Assembly: GCA_047605045.1 (NCBI GenBank)
Contig: JASGGM010000001.1
Location: 1 to 34,929 of the forward strand
From: Acinetobacter sp.
GTDB taxonomy: Bacteria; Pseudomonadota; Gammaproteobacteria; Pseudomonadales; Moraxellaceae
Length of the DNA stretch: 34,929 nucleotides
Direction of reading: 5' to 3'
Part shown: piece after piece, positions 20,205-30,034 of the stretch
Layout of the letters: each line of letters starts with the position of its first letter
How positions within the stretch are numbered: position 1 is the stretch's first letter
Notes under the pieces: generated by a model
Seen by the model: the letters and a program-made list of their open reading frames with translations, nothing else
Database searches by the model: none
Told to the model about the DNA's origin: nothing
Position numbers and translations under genes: made by a program

Positions 20205-20257
20205 CATGACTATTTTCTCTAAAATTATACATTGAAAATTTTAAAAATAGTTGTTCC

Positions 20258-20941
20258 TCACTGACCCGTTGGCAGCTGACTATAACGCATATATTTTGCA
20301 ATAAATCGCTTGCGAAACTGGAACTTTCTATCATTTGGATGATCTTGATAATATTTAGGATTCGGTAATAAAGCCGCCAGAAAAATTGCCTGATCACGGG
20401 TTAAATTTTTACTGCTTTTATGAAAATAATGCTGTGATGCTGCTTCAACACCATAAATATTATCGCCGAGTTCGACCGAGTTTAAATAAACTTCTAGAAT
20501 TCTTTGCTTCGACCAAAGCAATTCCATCATCACTGTAGCAATGGCCTCCTGACCTTTTCGAAGAAAAGACCGTTGATTATACAGAAATAAATTCTTCGCC
20601 AATTGCTGTGAAATGGTAGACCCTCCAGCTACAATTTCACCATTTTTCTCATTGCGCATCAACGCATGGGTCATTCCATCGACATCAAAACCATAATGAT
20701 GAATAAATTTACCGTCTTCAGCCGCAATAACTGCTCGTTTCAAATTTGAACTTATTTGATCATAATTTTGCCACTGATGATGAATTTCTACCTTTGGATT
20801 TTGCCATGCATGAATTCGCATAAACATGGTTTGCTCCACATCATGACTTTTCCACCAACATAGGCTTATAAAAATCCAGAGTTGAATTAAAATAAATACA
20901 ATTGAAACCAATATAAAAACACGTCGAATCAAGGTTTTCAT
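20258..20941 (-). CDS. mtgA: Monofunctional peptidoglycan transglycosylase
   Basis: GT51 motifs [32 protein letters not shown] and [11 protein letters not shown]. Confidence 0.95.
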   Translation of the reverse strand: MKTLIRRVFILVSIVFILIQLWIFISLCWWKSHDVEQTMFMRIHAWQNPKVEIHHQWQNYDQISSNLKRAVIAAEDGKFIHHYGFDVDGMTHALMRNEKNGEIVAGGSTISQQLAKNLFLYNQRSFLRKGQEAIATVMMELLWSKQRILEVYLNSVELGDNIYGVEAASQHYFHKSSKNLTRDQAIFLAALLPNPKYYQDHPNDRKFQFRKRFIAKYMRYSQLPTGQ

Positions 20942-21010
20942 TGCCTTAAGTTACTCCTTGAATTCATATTCTATGCTAAGCTCAAGTTTTAAAATTTGAC
21001 ACAGCATACC

Positions 21011-21820
21011 ATGCCTGAAATGCAACAACCTTCATTTTATCGCAGCCAGCTTGATGTTCAGCTTTGGTGGATGACGGCAATTTTAATTGCACTGAATGTG
21101 GGTTTATATTTGTGGCAAATTACTTCAGGTGTGGATAGTGCCAACCCCTCCATGATCGATGCAATCGCATGGGGGGCAGATTATACACCGCTGACCTTTC
21201 TTGAAGAGCCACAACGACTGTTCACCAGTATTTTTTTTCATTTCGGTTTTATTCATCTGGCTTTAAATATGTGGGGACTCTACATATTCGGTAGTATTGC
21301 CGAGCAATTGTTTGGTCGTTTTTATTATTTAAATCTCTATGTCATTTGCGGACTTAGTGGAAGCCTACTTAGTAGCTGGTTTAGTATTCAAGATAGTTTA
21401 ATGTTGATGCAACATCCAGCTGCGAACTACTTACCCGTTGTTCATGCAGGCGCCTCAGGTGCCGTGATGGGAATTGGTGGGGCACTCACGCTTTTATCTT
21501 TTTTCCCGCCACTGCCCCATCAGCGCTTTGTTTTACTCAAACGCACATTACTCATGGTATTGGCTTTAAATCTTGCCATAGGTTTCATGATGCCAAACAT
21601 CGATAATGCTGCACATTGGGGTGGCATGATCATGGGGGTCCTCATGGCAGCAGTATGGATTCTTTTTCAGCATCAACAGTACCCAACAGCTGCCAAAATT
21701 TGTGGATGTATCCTCGGCTGGAGCTGTATCGTGGTGAGCTATTTTTATTGCCAACATCTGGTGCTGACTGTCACACCACTTTGGCAACAAATTTTACAGC
21801 AACTGCACTTAATGAATTAA
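21011..21820 (+). CDS. Rhomboid family intramembrane serine protease (TTG start at 20996 also possible)
   Basis: FFHFGFIHLALN, catalytic GASG and NAAHWGG. Confidence 0.9.
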   Translation: MPEMQQPSFYRSQLDVQLWWMTAILIALNVGLYLWQITSGVDSANPSMIDAIAWGADYTPLTFLEEPQRLFTSIFFHFGFIHLALNMWGLYIFGSIAEQLFGRFYYLNLYVICGLSGSLLSSWFSIQDSLMLMQHPAANYLPVVHAGASGAVMGIGGALTLLSFFPPLPHQRFVLLKRTLLMVLALNLAIGFMMPNIDNAAHWGGMIMGVLMAAVWILFQHQQYPTAAKICGCILGWSCIVVSYFYCQHLVLTVTPLWQQILQQLHLMN

Positions 21821-21865
21821 CGCAAACCCGAACAGTTGTATTGATCATTCCATCTGAAAGCCGAT

Positions 21866-24379
21866 TTATTCTCTTAAACTACTTAAAGGTGCGATATTGT
21901 ATAATTGCCGAAAACGATAACGCCCAATCAAGCCACACAAGACAGCCATAAAAATCGGTAACACCAACCACAATGGCCCATGTAATTGCAACGCCATGTC
22001 AAGTTTCAAGCTGGCAATGGCACTCATCGCTTCTGCAAATATACAGGCAATAATCCCTGCGACGAAACCAACAAAAGCAAACTCAATACCAAACATCTGT
22101 TTAATTTTTTGTTTCGAGCTTCCAAAGGCACGCAGCAATGCGACCTCCTGCCGGCGTTCATCCATCAATAAATTCAAACATGCCAGTAACACACAAAAAC
22201 CAGATAAAGCCACCAAAGTTGCCAACACGCTAATGACCTTAATCATCACATCCATTAAATGTTTGACCTGATCTAAAATCGCACTGACATCAATAAATAC
22301 CGTATTGGAATGTGCTTGAATCAATTGCAGTAATTTTGATTTATCTTTTGCTGGAACATAGAAACTTCCCAAATAACTTCCAGCATTTTCATCCAGTGTT
22401 TTCGGTGCGAAAATAAAGAAAAAATTAGGGCTAAAACTTTCCCATGTCACGGTGCGTAAATTGCGTACTTTGGCTTTAAGCTCACCCTCTGGCAGTTGGA
22501 AAGTCAATTCATCACCCAGTTGAATTCCCAGACTACCTGCCGTTTTTGCTTCAACCGATACCTCACCAGCATGCTTTAACTCTGCTTCCCCTGCCACAAT
22601 CGTATTATCCTGAGGATATTGGGAAGATTGGGTTAAGTTTAATTCTCGTCTTAAACTGTTATTTTGGCGTACCTGCTCGACTGAAAATGCCTGACCATTC
22701 TTAGCAACTAAGCGCCCGCGCACATTTGGATACAGTGGGGTATGTGACCATTGAAATTGCTGTAATTTTTGATCAAATGAAGGTTTATCCATCGGAGGTA
22801 GACCATACACAAACTGATTCGGTGTATCTTGCGGCAATTGCTGTTGCCAACGTTGCATGACATCGGTACGTAATACCACCAGTACTGAAATCAGGCTTAA
22901 ACCCAAGGCCAGAACCGTCATCTGGATTGCCATTTGTGCAGGCTGACGAATATAAGCAGACGCATTGTTATTCAGACCTTTCAGTAATTTTAACAATCCG
23001 ACAATCAATCCGAAAAAAACCATTGCAATAATAAGAATGCTCGACAATACCGCCATGGTTAAGCTTAAATTTTGCGTAAGGACTAAACTCAGTACCACCA
23101 AACTGAGTAAACCCAATAGCACCGCAAGCATTCGACTAGAATTGAGCTGAAGATCTGGACGTAACACACGTAAAGGCGGTATGCGTAATAACTGCACAAT
23201 ATTGGGAACAATAAAACCCAATAACACACAAGCACTGGTTAAAAAGGCCACGGGCAAAGGCTGTAATAACAGCTGTAACCATTGCACCTGAATCTCGACA
23301 CTTGGCATAAATTGCAACATGAGTTTGAGTAACAGCATTCCCAATGCAGTTCCTGCCACACTGCCAAAGACTGCCGAAATACACATCACCACCAGCAATA
23401 GCAGCCCCATGGCACAGGCAATCTGTCTAAAACTTGCTCCCAAACACCTTAACAAGGCAATTTGATCCTGACTATGCTGCACATAACGTCGACTCGATAA
23501 AGCAATCGCCACACCACATAACAGTAAAGTTAATAAATTACTCAGCTGTAAAAATAAATCTAAATTTTCCAATGGCTTCAACAGGCGTGAATTGCCATGT
23601 TTCGCATCTCTTAGCCTTAAATTACTTTCGGCATTGTCTGCTTCATCATCCTGATTGGCAGTTGTATTGCTTTGAGATGCATGGTTTGGCGCTTGCCCAT
23701 GCTCTGTGTTTTGATGGGTAAGCTGTTTGAACCAGTGTTGGTATGCCTGAATATGTTGCGGTGTACCACGCATGAGTAAGCGATACTCAATACGACTGCC
23801 CGTTTGAATGGCATTGGTTTGCGTAACATCTTGCTGGGAAATAATCACAGTGGGTGAAAACCCTGAAAAACCCGTTTCCTGATTGCTGTCTTGGCGAATC
23901 AATGCTGTAAATTTCAAGGCTGCATCGGCAATATAAACTGTATCCCCAAGTTTGACTTGCAATAAATCACGGGCTCTGGAACTCAGCCATACTTCACCCC
24001 GATGAATACCACGCTGTAAATTCGGCTCAGTGCGCAATGTCCCTCGCAACGGATAGTTTTGTTCAACCGCTTTCACCGTAACCATCACAAATTGGTTCTG
24101 GGTACGTGCCATTGAGCCAAAAGCCGTCACTTTTGATGTATCTAATTGCTGTTGTCTGGCGGTTTGCGTAAATTTTTCCGCAATCGGTTGATGATCGGTT
24201 AACACCAAATCGGCGGCTAACATTGATGCTGCTTGTAACGTCACAGCTTCACGCACTTGACCATTGCTAAATTTCACTGCAGTTGTGGCACAAATGGCGA
24301 CGCTCAAGGCAATCACCAACAACCAAATACTTTGATTTCGGAAACTATGCAACAACAAGGGTTTAAAAATTGCATTCAT
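21866..24379 (-). CDS. ybbP: ABC transporter permease, YbbP/FtsX-like
   Basis: Duplicated FtsX-type architecture; AADLVL, YPLRG, LRRELNLT and WESFSPNFFFIF; lies next to ybbA/tesA. Confidence 0.85.
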   Translation of the reverse strand: MNAIFKPLLLHSFRNQSIWLLVIALSVAICATTAVKFSNGQVREAVTLQAASMLAADLVLTDHQPIAEKFTQTARQQQLDTSKVTAFGSMARTQNQFVMVTVKAVEQNYPLRGTLRTEPNLQRGIHRGEVWLSSRARDLLQVKLGDTVYIADAALKFTALIRQDSNQETGFSGFSPTVIISQQDVTQTNAIQTGSRIEYRLLMRGTPQHIQAYQHWFKQLTHQNTEHGQAPNHASQSNTTANQDDEADNAESNLRLRDAKHGNSRLLKPLENLDLFLQLSNLLTLLLCGVAIALSSRRYVQHSQDQIALLRCLGASFRQIACAMGLLLLVVMCISAVFGSVAGTALGMLLLKLMLQFMPSVEIQVQWLQLLLQPLPVAFLTSACVLLGFIVPNIVQLLRIPPLRVLRPDLQLNSSRMLAVLLGLLSLVVLSLVLTQNLSLTMAVLSSILIIAMVFFGLIVGLLKLLKGLNNNASAYIRQPAQMAIQMTVLALGLSLISVLVVLRTDVMQRWQQQLPQDTPNQFVYGLPPMDKPSFDQKLQQFQWSHTPLYPNVRGRLVAKNGQAFSVEQVRQNNSLRRELNLTQSSQYPQDNTIVAGEAELKHAGEVSVEAKTAGSLGIQLGDELTFQLPEGELKAKVRNLRTVTWESFSPNFFFIFAPKTLDENAGSYLGSFYVPAKDKSKLLQLIQAHSNTVFIDVSAILDQVKHLMDVMIKVISVLATLVALSGFCVLLACLNLLMDERRQEVALLRAFGSSKQKIKQMFGIEFAFVGFVAGIIACIFAEAMSAIASLKLDMALQLHGPLWLVLPIFMAVLCGLIGRYRFRQLYNIAPLSSLRE

Positions 24380-25077
24380 CCAGTAGCTCCCTGTTGTTCA
24401 ACCTGCAAAGAGCCATCCTGCAATACATAATGTCGCTGACATTGCCGTGCTAAATTCAAATCATGCGTAACTAAAACTAAAGTGACGCCCATTTCCCGAT
24501 TCAACTCAAACAACAATTGTTCAATGTCCAATGCCGTTTGCCGATCTAAATTTCCTGTTGGTTCATCGGCAAATAAAATTTTTGGCTGCCCCACCAAGGC
24601 ACGTGCAATCGCAACACGCTGCTGTTCACCACCCGACAATACTTTTGGCATTTGATGAATCTGACGGGATAAACCCACCCGATTCAGCATATGCGTGGCC
24701 TCCTGAACAGCGTGTGCATAATGAAAATCTGGCTGTAACCGTAAAGGCAATAACACATTTTCCAATGCTGAAAGATGATTGAGCAATTGAAATGACTGAA
24801 AGACAAAACCAATATGTTTTAAGCGTAAACCTGCACGCTGTTCTTCATTCAAGGCATGAACAGCTTCACCATGTAACCAAAGTTCCCCAGCACTCGGCCG
24901 ATCCAACGTCGCCAAAATGCCCAATAAGGTTGATTTCCCCGATCCTGACCGCCCAGTAATCGCAACCTGCTCTCCTGCCATAATATCCAGATTAACGTCT
25001 TGCAGAATCGTTAAGGTTTTGTTCTGAATTTGAATCTGTTGGCTCAAATGTTTCGCCGAAATCATCACTTGTGGCAT
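24376..25077 (-). CDS. ybbA: ABC transporter ATP-binding protein, YbbA-like
   Basis: GRSGSGKST, GFVFQSFQL, LSGGEQQR and FADEPTGNLD; divergent from tesA. Confidence 0.88.
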   Translation of the reverse strand: MPQVMISAKHLSQQIQIQNKTLTILQDVNLDIMAGEQVAITGRSGSGKSTLLGILATLDRPSAGELWLHGEAVHALNEEQRAGLRLKHIGFVFQSFQLLNHLSALENVLLPLRLQPDFHYAHAVQEATHMLNRVGLSRQIHQMPKVLSGGEQQRVAIARALVGQPKILFADEPTGNLDRQTALDIEQLLFELNREMGVTLVLVTHDLNLARQCQRHYVLQDGSLQVEQQGATG

Positions 25078-25114
25078 GATGCAATATCCATCTAAAAAAA
25101 TGAAGAGGTTCCCA

Positions 25115-25744
25115 GTGCGCCATTATTCAAAGCGAATAATTCAACTGTTGGGTGCGATAAGCGTTGCAATATTATGTTTGCCTGCTGTTGCAAATGCCAA
25201 AACCATTATGATTTTAGGCGACAGTATTAGTGCAGGTTATGGCATATCCGTCGAACGAGGTTGGGTCAATTTATTACAGCAACGCCTGAACCAACAGTAC
25301 CCGAAACAGCATAAAGTGGTCAATGCAAGTGTCAGTGGAGAAACCTCTTCAGGCGCGTTGGCACGTTTGCCAAAATTATTACAGGTTCATCGTCCAGATG
25401 TGGTGGTGATTGAATTAGGTGGAAACGATGGATTACGGGGTCAACCCCCACAAATGATTGCAAAAAATTTAGGGCAATTGGTACAACTTAGTCAAAAAAG
25501 CAAAGCAAAAGTATTATTGTTGGGCATGAAAATTCCACCCAATTATGGTACAGCGTATAGCACAGCCTTCGAGCAAAATTACAAGACCGTCAGCCAACAA
25601 TATAAAGTAAAATTAGTGCCCTTTTTTATGCAAGGCATTGCAGGAAATAACCAACTCATGCAGAAAGATTTGGTACACCCCAACCAGCAAGCCCAACCAA
25701 TTTTATTAAAAAATGTATATGCCGATATTCAAAAAGTATTGTAA
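25115..25744 (+). CDS. tesA: Arylesterase / acyl-CoA thioesterase I (SGNH/GDSL)
   Basis: GDSIS, NASVSGET, ELGGNDGLRG and DLVHPN, with a signal peptide ending ANA. The GTG at 25115 follows AAGAGG; ATGs at 25076/25100 are alternatives. Confidence 0.92.
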   Translation: MRHYSKRIIQLLGAISVAILCLPAVANAKTIMILGDSISAGYGISVERGWVNLLQQRLNQQYPKQHKVVNASVSGETSSGALARLPKLLQVHRPDVVVIELGGNDGLRGQPPQMIAKNLGQLVQLSQKSKAKVLLLGMKIPPNYGTAYSTAFEQNYKTVSQQYKVKLVPFFMQGIAGNNQLMQKDLVHPNQQAQPILLKNVYADIQKVL

Positions 25745-25758
25745 TACATTGTTTAGCA

Positions 25759-25795
25759 TCCCCCCTTCATCTGCTGTTTGAAAAGCAAGGGGGGA
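25759..25795. terminator. Bulged GC-rich hairpin between the convergent tesA and carbonic anhydrase genes
   Basis: TCCCCCCTT...AAGGGGGGA outer arms with an inner TGCT/AGCA pair; no clear T-tail. Confidence 0.4.
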
Positions 25796-25869
25796 AGATT
25801 ACTCAATATTATTTTATCGAGAGAAAGGTTGTTATCGAAAAAACTCAAGGTTTTTCTACAACGCACGTT

Positions 25870-26484
25870 TTAAAAATCAAAAAATTCAACTTGACCTGTT
25901 TCCAGTGAATACTCTGCACCGACCACAATCATTTTGCCTTTTGCAATCAGGTTTTCCAATACTGTAGAACCATGACGTAACTGATTCACCGATGCAAACA
26001 CGTTTGAACGCACCGCATGCGTCGAAAGTTTACACAGATCATGTTTCAATTCTGTTTGTAATAAAATTTCTACAGATGGGCGAACACGATTCACAATCGA
26101 CATTAAATTGTCTGAAGGTGGCTGGTCAGGGTTCATTAAAGTATCAATCGTGGCCTGAATTGCACCACAATGGCTATGTCCAAGCACCACCACCACAGCG
26201 CAGTCGTAACGTTCAGCAGCAAATTCAACACTACCCACCTGAGAAGGTGCAACGATATTACCTGCAACACGGATCACAAATAAATCACCAAGTCCTTGAT
26301 CAAAAACCATTTCTGCTGGAACACGAGAGTCAGAACAGCCTAAAACAATGGCAAATGGATTTTGATTGGCTGAGAGCTGAGCACGATGTTCCTGAGAAGC
26401 CAAGCTCGAAATCGAAGATTTTCCTTCTACAAAACGCTGATTCCCCTGTTTCAAACGCTCCAGTGCTTCTTGTGCCGTAATCAT
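25870..26484 (-). CDS. Beta-class carbonic anhydrase
   Basis: Zinc ligands CSDSR and HSHCG, with GNQRF and RVAGN. The ATG at 26484 is preferred; 26511 is the alternative. Confidence 0.95.
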   Translation of the reverse strand: MITAQEALERLKQGNQRFVEGKSSISSLASQEHRAQLSANQNPFAIVLGCSDSRVPAEMVFDQGLGDLFVIRVAGNIVAPSQVGSVEFAAERYDCAVVVVLGHSHCGAIQATIDTLMNPDQPPSDNLMSIVNRVRPSVEILLQTELKHDLCKLSTHAVRSNVFASVNQLRHGSTVLENLIAKGKMIVVGAEYSLETGQVEFFDF

Positions 26485-26652
26485 ATCGTTTCCACTTCTA
26501 ACAGTTAACATAAACTAAAGGTATTCTAGGGCTGCTTGATCTGAATGTCACTGACCGAAATTATCGTTTACCCAAAATTTAACAACTCATTGACGCACGA
26601 CATACCAATAGAAGCTATACTGAGTAGCTGATTTTGAAGGTTTCGAAGGTTT

Positions 26653-27657
26653 ATGTCTGAACACACGGTCTCGCCCAAAATTGAGCAACTTATTGACGCT
26701 CATCTAAACTATCTTGAATTGGAATTTTCACAATCCACCACCATCCATACTGAATTTCAGCATTTCAGTGCATGGTTTCAAGCCAGAACTTTGCAAGATT
26801 TTTGGTCAGCACAACAACTACAACAACTCATACAACAACAATTTTTAAATACTGCATTGAGTCAAAACCTATTATCTCAAATCGCAACACATCTGCATTT
26901 TGCCTTGAGTCATGACCTCAATGAATCCACCAAAATTGAAGATGTGGTAGATGTATTGAGTGTTGACCAACTCGCACAATATATTGCCAGTAAAACCGAG
27001 CATCGGCAAAAATTAGTTCACATCGTTGTAAATCATCCTGCATTTAACGCCATGGTATCGCAACTGATTCAACAAGCCTTACAAGATTACTTAGATCACA
27101 GTGTCGCCATGCGTGTGCCTGGTGTTGGTAGTTTCTTAAAAATGGGAAAATCAGTCCTGCAATCGGTAACCGATGGAAATTTAGAACAGGTGACGCAACA
27201 ATATCTACAAAAAAATATTTCCAAACTCAGTCAAATGAGCGAACAAATTCTAAATCAACATTTTGATGATGAAAAACTCTATCTATTTCAAGCTAATGTC
27301 TGGCACCAAATTAAAACCTTACCGCTAACCGTATTAAAAAATTATATTGTTCAAGATGATTTACCAAAAATTATCGCCTTAATAAATGAGTTTTGGGATT
27401 ACACGCGACAAAGTGATTATCTCCAACAACAACTCCATGATGGCATCTATACATGGTACATCCGAAATAGTGAAAAACCGATTGGGGAATTATTGCGTGA
27501 CTTAAATATCCAGCAAGACTTAGTCAAAAATGAATTGGCAACTTTAATCGAACCCATCATTCAGAGTTTGGTCAGCTCAGGGTACTTACGTCAACGTAGC
27601 CGTTTATTTTTAGAAAAGTTTTATTATTCAGCTGATGTAAAAGCAATTATTGGCTGA
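26653..27657 (+). CDS. Hypothetical protein (Q/L-rich, probably all-helical)
   Basis: 334-aa ORF with GAAGG RBS and a terminator downstream; no motif recognised. Confidence 0.8.
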   Translation: MSEHTVSPKIEQLIDAHLNYLELEFSQSTTIHTEFQHFSAWFQARTLQDFWSAQQLQQLIQQQFLNTALSQNLLSQIATHLHFALSHDLNESTKIEDVVDVLSVDQLAQYIASKTEHRQKLVHIVVNHPAFNAMVSQLIQQALQDYLDHSVAMRVPGVGSFLKMGKSVLQSVTDGNLEQVTQQYLQKNISKLSQMSEQILNQHFDDEKLYLFQANVWHQIKTLPLTVLKNYIVQDDLPKIIALINEFWDYTRQSDYLQQQLHDGIYTWYIRNSEKPIGELLRDLNIQQDLVKNELATLIEPIIQSLVSSGYLRQRSRLFLEKFYYSADVKAIIG

Positions 27658-27670
27658 ACAAACCGCTCAA

Positions 27671-27706
27671 TTTAAAAATGCCATTCATCAGAATGGCATT
27701 TTTAAA
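27671..27706. terminator. Bidirectional intrinsic terminator
   Basis: TTTAAAAATGCCATTC-ATCA-GAATGGCATTTTTAAA has perfect 16-bp arms and lies between convergent genes. Confidence 0.85.
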
Positions 27707-27740
27707 GGCGATTTAAAAGTTCAAATTGTCATGCAATTTA

Positions 27741-29789
27741 TTAGAAGGTTGTGGTTAAACCGAGCGTATAACGACGACCATCTAACACACGATTGTTTTC
27801 ATCCGATGTTAAGATCTTATCGAAAACATTATTCACTGCAAATTTAGCCGTAATGTATTTATTAAACTTATAGTTTAAACCGACATCGTAGAAGCTATAA
27901 GCTGGATAAGTTTCTTCATTTGAGCTGGATGTAGTTTCACCACGGTAATTTAAACGTGCCCAAATATTCAATGCATCTGTCGGCTGTGTATCCAGCGTGA
28001 CATTGACATTGTGTTCAGGAATATCATTCAATGGACGCCCCTTATTTGCACCTGACTTTTGCTCAGAGTCTGTAAAAGTATAATTTGCCCGAACTGTCGA
28101 CCAATCATTCAATTTGGTATCGAAAGTCACTTCTACGCCATTAATTTCAGCTTCATCCACATTGGTGCGTTTGATAACAGTGTAATAATTGGTTTGACCA
28201 TCTGGTGCAGTACAGGTCCATGTTGAACTATCACCGCCCGAGCCAGCTCGACAATCATTATAGTTTTGTATTTTATCTTTAAACTTGGTGTGGTATGCAG
28301 TGATGCTGGCATTGAATAAATCTCCCTGCCAAACTGTTCCAAACTCATACGTTGTACTTTGCTCAGGTTTTAAATCTGGGTTCCCTAAAATAATGTTTCG
28401 ACCACGTCCTGAAACCTGCCAGAAACCATCTGCCGCTTCACGTAAATCAGGTTGTTTATAGCCTGTTGTCACGCCACCCTTAAATGTGATATTGCTATTG
28501 AAATGATAGACTGCATATAAACGTGGGCTGAAATGTGAACCATATTGTTCATCTTGATCCCATCTTAAACCTGCTGTTACATTCAAATTGTCCAGCAATG
28601 CCCATGTATCTTCCAAAAACAATGCACTCGACCAACGTGAAAATTCACTACTCACATTTCCCGACACATTCAGATTGGTTGCTTTATCAAACAACTGTTC
28701 ATCTTTAAAATATGCACCAAAACTCAGTGTATGGTCACCCAGCAACCAGTTCCATTGGGTATTGGCAGACAATGTTTCAGTTTCAATCGGCTGGTTCACC
28801 CGAACATTACCATTTTGTGCGGTCATGACCTTATTTTCACGATCTGGTGTTTTCGATTGGTCATATTGAATATACGAGGTACTGCTTAAGTTATCTGTGA
28901 ACTGGCCGTGATGTGTCAAACTAAACACATCACGGTACATTCTTAATTTACCTCGAACATCTGGATTTGATGCTGTCATATCTACAGTTTTTTCGGTTTC
29001 TTCACCGATTTGTTTTGAAGTTTCAATCCCTAAAGCCAAATCATGTTTGTCATTTAAAACATAGGTAAATTTAGAGTTAATCCGTTCACGCTTGGTGCCT
29101 TTAAAACCACCAATGATATTATCTTCATCACGGTTGTAGTAGCCAGCCGAAACTTGCATCGCCAGATTTTTTGCCAATGGACCTGCAAGATAGATATTGG
29201 TATCGACACTGTCTCCAGCATCACGATGATCTTGTACAGTTGTGCTGACATCGTAGCTTCCAGTCCATTTATGTGGAACTTTCTTGGTAATAATATTGAC
29301 GACACCGCCCATCGCATCAGAACCGTATAACGATGACATTGGACCACGGATCACTTCTATACGTTCTACAGATTGCAGCGGTGGTAAAATCCCTTTTTCC
29401 AAACCAAAGTCATCACCGTTTGGACGTGTTGTCCGACTGTCTTGTTTTCTACCATCGACAAGAAACAGTGTATATTTCGGTGCCATACCACGAATGCTTA
29501 CATCTAGCGTACTGCCAGACCCTGTGATGGTTACACCAGGGACATCATTTAAAACTTCTGTAATATCTGAATAATTACGTTTGTCGAGTTCTTCTCGGTC
29601 GATCACTGTAATGGATGCTGGTGCATCTGCAATCGCTTGTTCATACCCTGCAGCGGATACAACAATTTTTTCTAACTTGATCGGTTCACTCGTTGTTGAG
29701 GTTGATTGTTCATCGTTGGCATTGACATAACTGACAAAAGACATAGATACAGCCACTGCAAGTGCTGTTTTTAAAAACTGACGTTTCAT
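27741..29789 (-). CDS. TonB-dependent receptor, CirA/IrgA-like (catecholate siderophore type)
   Basis: Signal peptide from MKRQFLK (ATG 29789), TonB box EKIVVSA, DAPASITVI, ERIEVIRGPMSSLYGSDAMGGVVNIITKK, GNPDLKPE, a Cys-pair loop and terminal Phe. Confidence 0.92.
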   Translation of the reverse strand: MKRQFLKTALAVAVSMSFVSYVNANDEQSTSTTSEPIKLEKIVVSAAGYEQAIADAPASITVIDREELDKRNYSDITEVLNDVPGVTITGSGSTLDVSIRGMAPKYTLFLVDGRKQDSRTTRPNGDDFGLEKGILPPLQSVERIEVIRGPMSSLYGSDAMGGVVNIITKKVPHKWTGSYDVSTTVQDHRDAGDSVDTNIYLAGPLAKNLAMQVSAGYYNRDEDNIIGGFKGTKRERINSKFTYVLNDKHDLALGIETSKQIGEETEKTVDMTASNPDVRGKLRMYRDVFSLTHHGQFTDNLSSTSYIQYDQSKTPDRENKVMTAQNGNVRVNQPIETETLSANTQWNWLLGDHTLSFGAYFKDEQLFDKATNLNVSGNVSSEFSRWSSALFLEDTWALLDNLNVTAGLRWDQDEQYGSHFSPRLYAVYHFNSNITFKGGVTTGYKQPDLREAADGFWQVSGRGRNIILGNPDLKPEQSTTYEFGTVWQGDLFNASITAYHTKFKDKIQNYNDCRAGSGGDSSTWTCTAPDGQTNYYTVIKRTNVDEAEINGVEVTFDTKLNDWSTVRANYTFTDSEQKSGANKGRPLNDIPEHNVNVTLDTQPTDALNIWARLNYRGETTSSSNEETYPAYSFYDVGLNYKFNKYITAKFAVNNVFDKILTSDENNRVLDGRRYTLGLTTTF

Positions 29790-29835
29790 GTGGAAATCCC
29801 AAATTAAGGATAAAAAATTAACAATTTGCAAACGA

Positions 29836-29884
29836 ATTGTAATGATTAAGAATAAAAGATCAATAGTTAATGATAATTATTTTT
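29836..29884 (-). promoter_or_regulatory. Sigma70 promoter with adjacent Fur box
   Basis: GTTAATGATAATTATTTTT (29866-29884) matches 15/19 of GATAATGATAATCATTATC. Minus strand TTGATC (29863-29858), 16 bp, TACAAT (29841-29836). Confidence 0.7.
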
Positions 29885-29972
29885 AATTATTATATATATT
29901 AATATTTTTGAATGTACTATTGGGCATAATAAATTTAAGCCCTTTTAAAATTAAATTTAAATCTTTGATCAT

Positions 29973-30002
29973 AAAAAAAGATGAACAGTTTTACCATTCA
30001 TC
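29973..30002 (-). terminator. Intrinsic terminator of nfuA
   Basis: Minus strand GATGAATGG-TAAAA-CTGTTCATC followed by T7 (two G:U pairs). Confidence 0.55.
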
Positions 30003-30034
30003 CTCTTTACAGCGTTTAAGTATATAGCAATGTT

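Noticed and set aside
25076-25115. Head-to-head overlap of the ybbA and tesA starts
   Set aside because: This tight divergent arrangement is already known from E. coli tesA-ybbAP, and the later GTG start removes the overlap.
25992-26480. 162-aa antisense ORF over carbonic anhydrase
   Set aside because: It shadows a conserved gene on the opposite strand and has no protein-like motifs.
26590-26621. TTGACG...TATACT promoter for the 334-aa gene
   Set aside because: The spacer is about 20 bp, too long for a canonical sigma70 promoter.
27650-27847. 65-aa ORF spanning the terminator
   Set aside because: It runs through a perfect bidirectional terminator and antisense into the TonB receptor.
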